Shown here: piece after piece, positions 27,150 to 38,000 of the stretch | Layout of the letters: each line of letters opens with the position of its first letter | Position numbering within the stretch: position 1 is the first letter of the stretch | IMG/VR virus record: IMGVR_UViG_3300048597_000462 | Location: 1 to 55,997 of that record | Source: a virus | Lineage: Duplodnaviria > Caudoviricetes | DNA length: 55,997 nucleotides | Reading direction: 5' to 3' (one strand) | The notes under the pieces: model-generated | What the model saw: only the letters and a program-made list of their open reading frames with translations | What the model was told of the DNA's origin: nothing | Database searches by the model: none | Position numbers and translations under genes: made by a program

Positions 27150-27738
27150 CTAATCTCCCCAGGAATTCGTAGAAATAATAATCAATATGCTCTTGTCTCA
27201 ACTCAAACACCTGGCATTGGTTGGCATCCTCCGGTAATACCACTACACAGCATCGCTCTGCCTTGATGCCGTCACATTCCTCCAATGCCTTCTGGTAGGC
27301 GGAAACCTGCAATAGGTAATCGGTGACCTGAGACGATGTTTTAGATCGGGTTGACCCTTTCCAGTCAAATAGGGTTAACTGCCCGCCCCAATAGCCCAGG
27401 GCATCCAGGGAGCCACTATAACCAAACTCAGAAAATACCTGATGCTCCCACACCACCAGCTCGATATTGTCCAGAATCTCCAGAGCCATGCCAAATAAAG
27501 GGTGGTCGGATGGGCGGCGTTCGATTAGGTATCCCTCGATTGCTTCATGAAGGGTCAACCCCCGCTTAATAGTCCGGGCTGATTCTTCCGGGTTATTAGC
27601 CCGCCATATTGAAAAATCAAACTTACAGGTTTTGCCCGTGATGGTAGTCACCCCCGGCAGTTCTCCTAGTGGCGTGACGTGGTAGCGGGCACCATTCTTG
27701 TAACTATGCTCGGCAATCCGACGTTCTAGCGTGACCAT
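27124..27738 (-). CDS. PD-(D/E)XK exonuclease
   Basis: PGVTTI, RG..LH..IE, GSLDA, FDWK, LQVSAY. Confidence 0.85.
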   Translation of the reverse strand: MVTLERRIAEHSYKNGARYHVTPLGELPGVTTITGKTCKFDFSIWRANNPEESARTIKRGLTLHEAIEGYLIERRPSDHPLFGMALEILDNIELVVWEHQVFSEFGYSGSLDALGYWGGQLTLFDWKGSTRSKTSSQVTDYLLQVSAYQKALEECDGIKAERCCVVVLPEDANQCQVFELRQEHIDYYFYEFLGRLDEYNYQYS

Positions 27739-27802
27739 ACATCCTCCCTTGTTTGTCCTATTGTAATATCCACAGACAGCTACCGACTAAGCATAATTAC
27801 TT

Positions 27803-27842
27803 ATTAAGCGGTGCTATAAAGAGTCTTATAGAGGCGCTTAAT
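27803..27842. promoter_or_regulatory. 40-bp palindrome, copy 4
   Basis: ATTAAGCGGTGCTATA-AAGAGTCT-TATAGAGGCGCTTAAT. Confidence 0.85.
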
Positions 27843-27890
27843 GGGTGTAAATGTATTACCCGGCATAGTGAAAGCCTGATTCTGTGATCG

Positions 27891-28163
27891 TTATTGCTGA
27901 GTTTTATTCTCTGTTACCCAGGCGGTCAATCGACCGGAGACAGACTGGTAGGCATCAATTAAATCGCCATCATTTTTGGATAGTTGTTTGATGTCCTGCG
28001 CCATGGATTCAATCACCCTGGCTACAGTGGGGACAAACTCTCCCCGGAGGCTATCCATTTCTGCCTCTAGGGTTTCGACTCGCTCATCTGTATCACGGCT
28101 ACGCAGTCCATAGCCTATGATGATGCCAAAGAAAAAGATTGCAGCGCCAGCAAAGAATTCCAT
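27891..28163 (-). CDS. membrane-anchored coiled-coil protein
   Basis: N-terminal TM helix followed by a coiled coil. Confidence 0.65.
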   Translation of the reverse strand: MEFFAGAAIFFFGIIIGYGLRSRDTDERVETLEAEMDSLRGEFVPTVARVIESMAQDIKQLSKNDGDLIDAYQSVSGRLTAWVTENKTQQ

Positions 28164-28165
28164 AA

Positions 28166-28531
28166 TTACTCCAATAGGTAGCCGGCGATCGCCGTGCCAA
28201 AATAGGACTCTAAACCAAAGCCGCCGAGAGTTGTGCCCAGCAAGTAAAAACGGGCATTGTAGATTTGATTTTGCAAGTTAATGGTGATGGGATAGAATTG
28301 CCGGATTTTCAGCTCAGGGATTGTGGTTTCAATCCTCCCCTCTAGATAGGCAATGGGATTATCCACTCCAGGCAGATGTTTTTCCTGGGGCTCTTTTTTA
28401 TTTTCCAGAAAAGCTTTTAATTGAATAGTGTTGCCGGGACTAAAAATGGGTTGCCCGGTTACTTCATCCCAACCCGTCGGTTCAGGGTTGGCAGTAGCAA
28501 TGGTTATAACGGCGTTAGTTTGACTCAGCAT
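28166..28531 (-). CDS. putative head-closure protein
   Basis: WDEVTGQP motif, size, and position next to the head operon. Confidence 0.45.
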   Translation of the reverse strand: MLSQTNAVITIATANPEPTGWDEVTGQPIFSPGNTIQLKAFLENKKEPQEKHLPGVDNPIAYLEGRIETTIPELKIRQFYPITINLQNQIYNARFYLLGTTLGGFGLESYFGTAIAGYLLE

Positions 28532-28572
28532 AATGTCAATCGGCTAATATCTAATAGTATTAGGAGGTTGTT

Positions 28573-29730
28573 ATGGTTTTTATTCAGGATTTTAAAGAGT
28601 TCCCATCGTCGGTAGAATTTACCGATGAAGGTTTTATGACCGCCACTGCCAACATTGCTAGAGTGGGTATTCAAGAATATCTAGGGCATGAGTTGGGCAA
28701 GAAAGGAGACAACAATGTTTACCGAGTATTGCGCCCGGTGGAAGTAGTTAAAGACTCGGTTAAGTCGTTTGTTAATAAGTCCATCACCGTTGGGCATCAA
28801 GGGCTAATTACGATAAAAAATGCCCATAAATTAGCCAAAGGATTTGTAAGGGATGCTTGGTTTGAGGACAGTACAGGCTGGATTAAGGCTGATGAGTGCA
28901 TTAATCATCCTGATGGCATTGATGCCTTTAATGATGGTTATCGCTGGCATAGTTGCGGATACCGAGCAGATATTAACTGGGAATCAGGAGAATGGATTGA
29001 TGAACTAGGGGTAATGGGTGAACCGGGGCAAAGCTATCAGTATGATGCAAGCTTTGTTAAGATTAAAGGCAACCATAATGCCTTAGTGAAAGACCCCAGA
29101 GCAGGGGATAATGCAACTTTTGATGAGGGTATTAATATTAATCAAGATTCAAGTGGAGTTTCTATGACTAAAAAGTATGAAATTCGACTGCCTGATAATG
29201 CGGTGCTGATGTTAGACGGTGAGAACGCCGCCGATATTAGCAAAGCATTTACAGAATTGCAGTCCAAGACCGAAAAACTTGACAAAGCCCTATTGGACTC
29301 CAATTCTAAAATTCAGGAATTGGAATCTAAAGTGAAGACTTTGGAGAGTGAAAAAGATACCCTGTCTGGTCAGTTGGAAGGGCTGAAAACTGTCAACGAT
29401 TCCAAGCCAGAAACTTCTAATGAACGGGCAGAATGGTTTGCCGTTTATGACAGTGTGCGGGGCTTAATTAAAGATGAGCCGTTTACTAAAACCATCGAAG
29501 ATTTGAAGATTGCCGGGATTAAATCTGTCAATCCTAACGTGGTACTGGATGGCAAATCTGCCGAGTTTATCTCCGGGATGTTTGAGTCGGTGAAAGACCG
29601 GCTAGCAGGCAAGTCTGTCCCTCCGAGCAAGGAGACTTTGAATGATTCTGCTCCGGCGGATTCTGACCCTATGGCAACTGCCGACAAGACCTATCGTGAG
29701 GCTGTAGAAAAAGCCTGGGAGAAATTTTAA
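28573..29730 (+). CDS. head maturation protease/scaffold (DUF2213)
   Basis: IARVGIQEY, SCGY, NHNALV..PRAG, coiled-coil C-terminus. Confidence 0.85.
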   Translation: MVFIQDFKEFPSSVEFTDEGFMTATANIARVGIQEYLGHELGKKGDNNVYRVLRPVEVVKDSVKSFVNKSITVGHQGLITIKNAHKLAKGFVRDAWFEDSTGWIKADECINHPDGIDAFNDGYRWHSCGYRADINWESGEWIDELGVMGEPGQSYQYDASFVKIKGNHNALVKDPRAGDNATFDEGININQDSSGVSMTKKYEIRLPDNAVLMLDGENAADISKAFTELQSKTEKLDKALLDSNSKIQELESKVKTLESEKDTLSGQLEGLKTVNDSKPETSNERAEWFAVYDSVRGLIKDEPFTKTIEDLKIAGIKSVNPNVVLDGKSAEFISGMFESVKDRLAGKSVPPSKETLNDSAPADSDPMATADKTYREAVEKAWEKF

Positions 29731-30473
29731 TGGTTGCTAAAGACGTTACGTCGAATTATTCTTTATTCTCTGACCGTGGCTTAGAGGGTCATGTTAGCTC
29801 TCTGCTCCCTGGTGCTTATTTCTCCGGTACTGCCGAGGGACTGTTCAACGATGATGCCGCCCCCTTACCCTTTGGTCGGGTAGTGGTGTTCAAGTCTGAT
29901 AGCGGTGTGGGTCTACCTACCGCCACGGGGCAAGCCGTTGCTGGTGTCACGTTCTATCAAGCCCAGTTTGAGGCTAATGCCCAGTTTGCGGGAGACGCTG
30001 GCACCCCGGCAGATTACCCCGTTACGTTGGCACGTCGGAACGTAATCATGTTTATGATGCCCGAAACCAATATAGACAAAGGCTCTTCCGTGTTTTTCCG
30101 TGCCATCAATAAGGGTACTGTTGGAGCCAATGAGGCTTTAGGGCGCATTCGTTCCAATGCTGATGCGCTGACCATTACCAACGTTGCGCTGACCTCTAAT
30201 GTGGCGACTATTACCGTTGCCAACCATGGATTGACTGTTGGACAGGTGATTACTATCGCTGGTCTGACAACTACAGCGTTAAACGGCACCCATACCATTA
30301 CTGCTGTGCCCACCGCCAATACTTTTACGTTTGCGTTAACGAATGCAAATATCAGTAGCACCAGTGACAGTGGAACTATTGCCCGTGCGGCGGCATTATC
30401 CGGGGTGCGGTTAATTGAGGATGCCGTTGCTGGCACTCCCGTCAAAGTCGAACTAATCAATGTAGGAGTTTAA
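29730..30473 (+). CDS. head decoration protein with inserted beta domain
   Basis: PFGRVVV motif; lies between protease and capsid genes. Confidence 0.75.
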   Translation: MVAKDVTSNYSLFSDRGLEGHVSSLLPGAYFSGTAEGLFNDDAAPLPFGRVVVFKSDSGVGLPTATGQAVAGVTFYQAQFEANAQFAGDAGTPADYPVTLARRNVIMFMMPETNIDKGSSVFFRAINKGTVGANEALGRIRSNADALTITNVALTSNVATITVANHGLTVGQVITIAGLTTTALNGTHTITAVPTANTFTFALTNANISSTSDSGTIARAAALSGVRLIEDAVAGTPVKVELINVGV

Positions 30474-30474
30474 G

Positions 30475-31413
30475 ATGCCAGCCATCACTCAATATCGAGA
30501 TTTTCTTAATAAGCAATTGGAGCAAAAGCTCCCCGGCGTGTTGATGCGCCGTTATCCCGGACTACCCTTTGCCAACGGTCAATATTTGCCCGCCATTGGT
30601 GACCTGGCGATTGGTGCCCAGTACCTCACCAAAGAAGTAATGGAGCAGTTTGGCGAGGCTCAGATTTATTCTGAAACGTCCTCCGACCTGCCCACTATCT
30701 CCACCACCGTAGATGAATTGGGATACCGGATTGTCACCTTTGTCTCCGGTGTGAAGTGGAATTATGCTGAGTTGGAGCATGCCAGCTTTGCCAACGTTGA
30801 TATCGTATCCCGTCGGACTCAGTTCCTGCCCAGGGTATTTGATGAGGCGATCCAGAAGTTTGTCCTAGCTGGTAATACCAATTTAGGTATTACTGGGTTC
30901 CTGAACAACCCCGATGTCCCTGCCGGTAACGACTCCTATGACCCTAACACTGGGGATGCAGACGATGCCATGGACTTTGTTTACCGGGTAATGACCGCTG
31001 TGCCCAACCGGACTAACCTGACCGCTGAATCGGCTGTGATGCTGGTGCCGGCTAAGCTTCGTCAGAAATGGGCCCGACTGGTTCTATCCGGTACATCCGT
31101 GACTGTGTTAGAACACATTATCAGCAACTATGGCAGTCAAAGTGGCGGTAGCCTCCGTGCCATTGTAGGCATTAACGAAATGCGATCTGACATTTTGGAA
31201 GCCTATGGCGTGAATGCCCCCGGCACCAACAAAGACATGGTGATGGTTGCTCCGGTTGACCCCACCGCCGCTGACCGTCGTTTTAACGCCCGCCGTGCCC
31301 TGCCTCTGGAGTATAACGATACGTTGTACAAACAGTTCTATCTGCAATCCACCAGTGAGGTTCGCTTTGAACGTCCTGATGAATTCCAGATTTTCAACAT
31401 TGCTAAGCTGTAG
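30475..31413 (+). CDS. major capsid protein (DUF2184-like)
   Basis: FL..QL, GEAQI..DLP, G....GITGFLNNP; gene order. Confidence 0.85.
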   Translation: MPAITQYRDFLNKQLEQKLPGVLMRRYPGLPFANGQYLPAIGDLAIGAQYLTKEVMEQFGEAQIYSETSSDLPTISTTVDELGYRIVTFVSGVKWNYAELEHASFANVDIVSRRTQFLPRVFDEAIQKFVLAGNTNLGITGFLNNPDVPAGNDSYDPNTGDADDAMDFVYRVMTAVPNRTNLTAESAVMLVPAKLRQKWARLVLSGTSVTVLEHIISNYGSQSGGSLRAIVGINEMRSDILEAYGVNAPGTNKDMVMVAPVDPTAADRRFNARRALPLEYNDTLYKQFYLQSTSEVRFERPDEFQIFNIAKL

Positions 31414-31421
31414 GAGGTTGA

Positions 31422-31670
31422 ATGGAACTTTTTTATAATCCCGCCAAATACTTCAGTGGCTCCCCAAATTCTTTGACTTTCTATTTTGACGGCAAGGAGA
31501 TTGGACTAAAACCGGGGTTGAATGAAGTGGATGAGGCAATTACTGGTCATCCTGACTATGAAAAGTTAGTGGAGATTGGCGCTTTTTCCGCCAAGCCGGA
31601 GCCGACCGCTGCCCCAAAAACTATCCGCAAAAAAGCTCCGGTAACTGAGCCGATTAAGCTGGAAGAATAG
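31422..31670 (+). CDS. small virion-associated protein
   Basis: AGGAGG ribosome-binding site, LKPGLNEV, follows capsid gene. Confidence 0.7.
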   Translation: MELFYNPAKYFSGSPNSLTFYFDGKEIGLKPGLNEVDEAITGHPDYEKLVEIGAFSAKPEPTAAPKTIRKKAPVTEPIKLEE

Positions 31671-31708
31671 TTAACCCAGCTCGTCTACCATGCGTGGAAG
31701 GAGTAACG

Positions 31709-31748
31709 GAGTCGTCTAACCATTGAGTTAGGCGGCTCTAGTCGTTTT
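31709..31748 (+). terminator. hairpin after the capsid genes
   Basis: GAGTCGTCTAAC-CATTGA-GTTAGGCGGCTC. Confidence 0.55.
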
Positions 31749-31753
31749 AATAT

Positions 31754-31966
31754 TTGATAGAGTTGGCAAAGTTTATGGATATTTTACCTGTTGGCACGAA
31801 GATTTTCCGGGCATTTGATGAAGCTATCTACCGCAAAAATCAATCCAGTTATGATCCCAAAAGTCCAGTGGCATGGGTGTCTGAGTCGGGCAATAAAATA
31901 TTTGTTTCCGATGTTGCTATTCAAACTAACTTTAAAATGTACCGCAACCTAACTTTGCCGCTATGA
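31754..31966 (+). CDS. hypothetical protein
   Basis: ATGA coupling to the next gene. Confidence 0.5.
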   Translation: MIELAKFMDILPVGTKIFRAFDEAIYRKNQSSYDPKSPVAWVSESGNKIFVSDVAIQTNFKMYRNLTLPL

Positions 31967-32316
31967 ACTATCAGAAATTTATTGAACTATTTCCTGAGTT
32001 TGAAGACCGTATCGACGAAGATATAGTAACCAAATATATCAATAATATCCTAATTGAAACAAACGGCTATTGTGGTATTGAAACAGAAGCAATCAGAGAT
32101 TATGCCGTAGCGTTGCACGTCGCTTTTTTACTCCAAAAAGATTATCCCTCTGACCCATTGACCGGGTTGGGTGTAATCAAAAGAATGAAAAACTTTAATG
32201 ATGAGGTGGAATTTGCCCCATCAACGCTGGATACTACCGGATTTGATGTCAATAGTTATGGTCAGAGATTAAAGCGGTTACTGGCGGCAAATTACATGGG
32301 TGGTATGTATGTCTGA
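31963..32316 (+). CDS. head-tail connector (DUF4054-like)
   Basis: F...FPEF, AVALHVA, SYGQR. Confidence 0.75.
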   Translation: MNYQKFIELFPEFEDRIDEDIVTKYINNILIETNGYCGIETEAIRDYAVALHVAFLLQKDYPSDPLTGLGVIKRMKNFNDEVEFAPSTLDTTGFDVNSYGQRLKRLLAANYMGGMYV

Positions 32317-33913
32317 GCTAAAAATCTACGGGCATGAGCCGGTAGAAACTGCCTGGGGTAGCCCTACATCACAGCGGGAGCCATTGCTGCGGGTAACGGT
32401 TAATTGGTCTACCAGGATAGTGGAGGGGCATCGTTCTGGGTTGGAATATCGCACTCCCTTGATAACAGAACCACGGTATGAGATTGAGGGTTCCGAATTT
32501 GTGCTGACCGATGAAAGTTACGCCACGTTGTCTCAGGCATTTCAGAATACTGGTGGGCGGGCAAGAAGTTTCCCATTTAAAAACCCGATTGATTATTACT
32601 GCACTGCTGACCCGGAGGCTTTAGCAGAGGACATTTATCAGCAGGGGTTTATTGTGCCCACAGGTGATGGTAAAGGGCGCATCGTCAAGCAGTTTCATTG
32701 TCATGGAGTGAACGCCTACAAAACGGTTTTGTATCCCATTGCGGATAGCTTGAGCGTTGAAGGATTGACAGTTGATGAAGAGACCGGGGAAGTTGACGGT
32801 GTTAGTGGAACAGAATGGATTGCCTGCAATTGTGAATACCGGCAAAGATTTCGTTTTGACGTTTCTGACTTGCAACTGACCCAGATCAAAAGAGCGTTGG
32901 ATGAGTTTGATGTTAACGTTTACCAAACAGTTAACTTTCGGCTGGTGGAAGATAGTTATGAGAAATTGGGAGACTTGATTGTTGCTGACGATTGGGGTGT
33001 TGATATAGATTTTGACTTACTGTTATTACCGCATGCCGATTTAACCTATTCAGATATCATTTCTACCCGGATTGAGCGGTCAATTAGTCAAAAAGAATTA
33101 AGGGAAGAAGTCACCAACCTCAAGCAGAATATTATTTTGGAGTCTGGCAATTTAAACAGGCTCAATACTCAGATCTTTTTAACCATCTATAGCGTCTGCA
33201 AAGGTCGGCTAAACGGGATAAACTTTGGTGAAGAATTAGTTCGTTTTGACGATGACACCCTAGCGATTGAGCAGTTAGGTGTTAACGCCTTTGCTATTAA
33301 TGGGTTGCCGATTAGGGCGATCGCCCCTACAGATACTCCCGATGGTGGGGGGATACCTGTCTGCACAACCGGAACTCCTTATTCTGCAAATCTAGCTCTA
33401 CCTCTAATTGCAGTTGAAGCTCCTAGGCAAACTGAAACAATATCATTCTCAATCTCAGAAATAAATGGCGACATTCTGCCTATAACCAATTTTGTGTTAG
33501 ATGATTTTGCCTTTATCGTCCCATCTGATCACGATATTATGACCGGCTATTCTTTGGTCGGAACAAACAGAGCTATTACAATTCCAAGTGAGGCTTTAAT
33601 TGTTTACGAGGGTGGAAATCCGAACTATGCAGATGGTGCTTTGACATTGAACTTAACAACAACTTTTACCTATGAATCTCAAACTTACACAATCAATCGA
33701 AATGACATCGATCCTGACTCTACTATTCCTTTAAGTGAGGGGATTGTTGGCGTTATTGCCATGGGTGTCACCGCTCAGCCCCATAATGCCATATCGCTTA
33801 ATTTTCTTTCTGATAATGGTTACATTTCTGACGGAATTATCTCATTTAAAATAATGCACATTGCTTTTGGTGGCGGAAATATTGAACTAGGAATTAATGT
33901 CCCAGCTTGCTAA
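32309..33913 (+). CDS. DUF2460-like distal tail protein
   Basis: GGRARSFPFKNPIDY, FRFD and a second GRLNG..VRFDDD module. Confidence 0.65.
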   Translation: MSELKIYGHEPVETAWGSPTSQREPLLRVTVNWSTRIVEGHRSGLEYRTPLITEPRYEIEGSEFVLTDESYATLSQAFQNTGGRARSFPFKNPIDYYCTADPEALAEDIYQQGFIVPTGDGKGRIVKQFHCHGVNAYKTVLYPIADSLSVEGLTVDEETGEVDGVSGTEWIACNCEYRQRFRFDVSDLQLTQIKRALDEFDVNVYQTVNFRLVEDSYEKLGDLIVADDWGVDIDFDLLLLPHADLTYSDIISTRIERSISQKELREEVTNLKQNIILESGNLNRLNTQIFLTIYSVCKGRLNGINFGEELVRFDDDTLAIEQLGVNAFAINGLPIRAIAPTDTPDGGGIPVCTTGTPYSANLALPLIAVEAPRQTETISFSISEINGDILPITNFVLDDFAFIVPSDHDIMTGYSLVGTNRAITIPSEALIVYEGGNPNYADGALTLNLTTTFTYESQTYTINRNDIDPDSTIPLSEGIVGVIAMGVTAQPHNAISLNFLSDNGYISDGIISFKIMHIAFGGGNIELGINVPAC

Positions 33914-34737
33914 GGTAAGAATGGAGGCTCATCTTTATATGGGTGAGTAAGAGGTAGTAATGATGCGTATCCCCATTTATAAGCAAGATACCCCTCTACT
34001 TTTTCAGTGTCGTCACTAGAAAGGGTTGTGTCGTAAATTAAAAGCTCTTTAATATCAAACTGTCCAAAAAAAGTATCACCAAAATTACTTGCATATTGTC
34101 CAAGTGCGTATTCCCCGTTAAAACTTAAGGGGGAAATACCTGCCGAGTTTGCAGCAGTCACGCTATTGCCATTTTTTCTCCCGACGGTTACGGTGCTATT
34201 TGCCACTAAAGAGGTAATCGCAAAGTTTGAATCATCAGAAAACAGTCCCGAAGTAAATTTGTCTACATTGTTAATTCGGCACAATGTAGGGAATGAAATT
34301 ACATTCGTCCAAATCAACTCTAGTCCAACCTGAGCGTTAGTCCGTGGCCCAAAAAAACAATCATTGTTTTGTAGTGGGCCAGCCATCAAGAAAAACATTG
34401 AAAACTGTGCCCAATTATGCATAAATCCCGATGGAAATAAAAGAGCATCATTTATTCCGTCAAAAGATACATATTCGTTGTAGGTATATGTAGGGCTGGT
34501 TCCAGTAAATAACCCGGTAGGGCTACTTGAATAACCAAATAAGTTAAACCATCTTGTAACATTTGATCCACTTAGTTCTAACGATAAACTCCCCCCTAAC
34601 GCTTCAACCCAAAATTGCAATCCAGAGGCATTTTTGGGAGTCCATAATTCTACCAAATCACTTCCTGGCGGCAGGGGGTCTGGGATGCCCCAGTAATAAT
34701 TATTGATACTTTTTCCTCTGTACAAAATATTAGCCAT
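33910..34737 (-). CDS. LamG/ConA-like receptor-binding protein
   Basis: FDGINDAL, IKELLIY...LS.D..KVEGYLAYKWG..LP..HPYK. Confidence 0.7.
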   Translation of the reverse strand: MANILYRGKSINNYYWGIPDPLPPGSDLVELWTPKNASGLQFWVEALGGSLSLELSGSNVTRWFNLFGYSSSPTGLFTGTSPTYTYNEYVSFDGINDALLFPSGFMHNWAQFSMFFLMAGPLQNNDCFFGPRTNAQVGLELIWTNVISFPTLCRINNVDKFTSGLFSDDSNFAITSLVANSTVTVGRKNGNSVTAANSAGISPLSFNGEYALGQYASNFGDTFFGQFDIKELLIYDTTLSSDDTEKVEGYLAYKWGYASLLPLTHPYKDEPPFLP

Positions 34738-35081
34738 TAAAAATATCCTCTAATCCAAACTTGCCAAATGAAACCGTCCCAGTAAGCGTAAACAGAACGA
34801 GCTAGATCACCATCATTTTCTAGCGTCACTATTGGCGTGTTATCAGGTTCTTGCACCACGATGGCGTTAGTGGTAGATATATTGACAATCTCACACTCAA
34901 AATAATCGCTTCCTGTAACAGTGGGTAGCTTAACAATTACACTGGCGACAGTTGGGGTTAAAAATTGAAAATAAGCATCTGTTAAAAGCAAATTTTTGGT
35001 GGCTGAAATAGACTGAATGTTTTTGGTTTTAGTAGAGCTACCACCTCCAATCCCCCCCGTCTTATAAATAGTGCTAGCCAT
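34737..35081 (-). CDS. tail-fibre adapter-like protein, paralog of the tail-tip C-terminus
   Basis: YFQFLTPT..VIV.LP.VTGSDYFE ... WDG.IW. Confidence 0.7.
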   Translation of the reverse strand: MASTIYKTGGIGGGSSTKTKNIQSISATKNLLLTDAYFQFLTPTVASVIVKLPTVTGSDYFECEIVNISTTNAIVVQEPDNTPIVTLENDGDLARSVYAYWDGFIWQVWIRGYF

Positions 35082-38000
35082 AAACATTCCTCTCAAAAAT
35101 ACGCCAAATCGACCCATCCCAATAATAATAAATGGAACGAATCAAATCGGCAATAGATAGGGTGATAATTGGGGTGCCATCACTTTCTTGAACTTCCAAA
35201 GCGTTACTCCCGTCTCCCGCATTAATTATTTCTCCTTCAAAATAATCACTACCAGTGACCGCAGGTAGTTCAACAACAACACTAGATGATGTAGGGGTCA
35301 GAAATTGGAAATATTCAGAGGTTAGACTTAATGACTTTGTGGTAGAAATTGATTCAACATTTTTAGATTTATTTGCCGTTCCACTTATGACAGATAACCC
35401 ACCATAAATATTAACTTCCCTATCAACAATTGGCGCAATAATATCTCCAGCTAAAAATTCTGTTTCGGTTACTAATCCGGTGGCATCACGCTCCAGGGTC
35501 AAGGTATTTCCTGATCGCCCGATGCACAACATCTGAGCATAGCCACTGCCACTGCCAACGGTGCTAGTCCTAAATAAACAGACCGGAACCGACGGCGCAA
35601 ACCCGTCAGGGTCAGCTAGGGTGACGTTGACAGTCCCTCCCACACTGGGAATTGTCACGTTGCCGGTGATGGTGGTAAACCGGCGAATGCGATCAAACCT
35701 GTTCTGGAGATCTAGCTGGTCACGGATTTCCCCACCAATCTGGCCCCAATTAATACCCAATTCAACAATTACGAAATCTGTCAGGCTGAATCCGGTACCC
35801 ACAGCATTGGTCACACCCACTTTCCCAGTGGTGGTTCCATCTGCCACAGTGCCGGTGATAGTGTTGTCATCTACTACCACAAAATCTTCTATTGGCTCTC
35901 CGGCAATCGCCGCCCCGGTAGCACCAGTAAAGCCAGAACCAAAGATGCTAATTTCTACCCCAATCTCACCCTGGGTAGGGCTGAATCCTTCCACCACTGG
36001 CAGCAACACCCCCAGCACTGGGCTAATCGTCGCTTCCAGCCCATAGCCCCGGTCAGTATCAATCCCCGCAGCTAAACCATATTCCTTACTTAGCTGGTAA
36101 ATGATTACATCTAGGGTCGATTGAACAGATCCAAAGTCTTCAATCTGTTGGTCAACAGTGTAGGTCAGCGAATTGGTGCCAACGGTAAAAACTCTTTCTG
36201 GTGTGGCATCAGGTATAAACACATCAAATTCAAAGGGCACCAACTCTTCCAATCCGGTATTATTTCCCTGCCAGACCATGGTTATATTCCCACTCTGGTC
36301 TTTTACTGACTCCAAATCACTGGGGCGATAGGGACGGTAATAGTTCCCCCGAACAGTGATGGTGGCGACACTCTCAATAGACTCAAGAGTAAAGTTACGG
36401 GGCACCAGTTTAATACTCAGTTCCTTGTCAATTAAGCCACTGCCCCCGTTGAGTCGGATTACTTGTCCTGGCCCCCGCAGCACAGTAATTGGAGTTCCCG
36501 CAGCATGGGCAGCGGCGATGGTGCCATTATGCCCCCGCTTAAAATTTCCAATCGTGTAGGTCAATGGATCAATCAGCGTCACGTCCTTGACCGATATTTG
36601 CTCTTCTCCCACCAATAGAATCAATTGATTGCTCGTAAATTGAGCGTCGGTCAGAGGGTCGAGAAATCCTCGGTCTAGCACAATGTCCACCGTTTGAGTC
36701 GGCTGCAATCCCTCCGTCAAAGGCAAGCTTGCAACCAATTCCCCGGTGGTGGTAGCCCCAATTGCTGTCCCCACCTGGGTGAAAGGAGAATCATCAACAC
36801 TGGCGAAGATGATTGTGTCTCCCACATCGCCATACTCTGGGTCTGGAGTGATCGCCAAGTAAAGACAGGGCGGATCTGTGGCATTAACCCGGTGGATGTC
36901 CAAGATAGTCGCCACCGGCTCACCAAAAAAGTCAAATTCATCCTCCGGGCGATAGTCGTCAATATCGTCATTAACTTCAGCCTGGTAATCAACACAAACC
37001 CTAACCCCGCTATCAATGCCAGTCAGCGTAATTAGTCCAGTAGCATAATTAACGGTGTAGTCCGTGCCTTCTACCAGCAAGTCGCCATCAGCCCTCACCA
37101 CTGGAGTTGCTGTAATGTTGGGCTGCAACTGGATCGGAGTGCCATTGTAAATCCGGCAACGACTCCGGGCAATGGATGGCACCCCAGCGAAAGCCTCCCC
37201 ATTGAACAGTGTGGCACTGACTTCTCCCGTCAGGTCAGCCCCGATGGTCACTTGATTAATCTGAAAGGTGGTCGCCGGATCTCCAGCCCTTAGCGGCAAA
37301 TTAATAAACTGACCTGAATACAATTCCAGGGCAATGCTGGGGTCAAACTTGAAACTGTACCGATTCCGCTGGTCATACATTAACCCCAGATAACGCCAGC
37401 AGAATTCCCTTGCCATCCCCGGAGTCAACACCAACGCAGTTGACAATGACTGGGGGCGATGGTGCAATGCAACGGGACGATTCCATGACTCTGTACCGCC
37501 GTTATAACCGTCCTCAACGTTTGTAAAACTGAGGCTTACCTCCGACGGCAAATCTTTTTGGCTAACAATTGTCTCAGTGTAGGGTTCCGCTACATCACTG
37601 GTTGGTTCCCCTGCTCCCAAATCTTCATAGGCAATACTCCTTGTCGGGACAATCACATTCCCCAGTCTCTCTTCGTTGATGCAGATCTTTCCTTCCGAGT
37701 CCAAATAGGACATCAAAAAGTGAACTTGCATTACATCATCCAGAAATGATTTAACGCTAGAGCCATCCTGTTTCATGGTGGCACCAATCAAAGTTCTGGT
37801 TATTTCTAATTCTCGGTAGTCAACCCCAGATTGCAACCCTACCTGCTCCATGGCATCCCGTACCACGGCAGTTAAACTATTCCCTACATCGGCAATACCA
37901 AAAAGCTCTACGTCAATTTGCCCTGGCAGTTCATTTCCGAATGGAGCTAATGGCAAATCTTGAATTACACAATACGCTAATCCAGCAAAATGAATGCGGT

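Noticed and set aside
34737-35375. DGR template/variable repeat pair
   Set aside because: Both copies are open, diverged ORFs, differences are not confined to adenines, and there is no reverse transcriptase in the window
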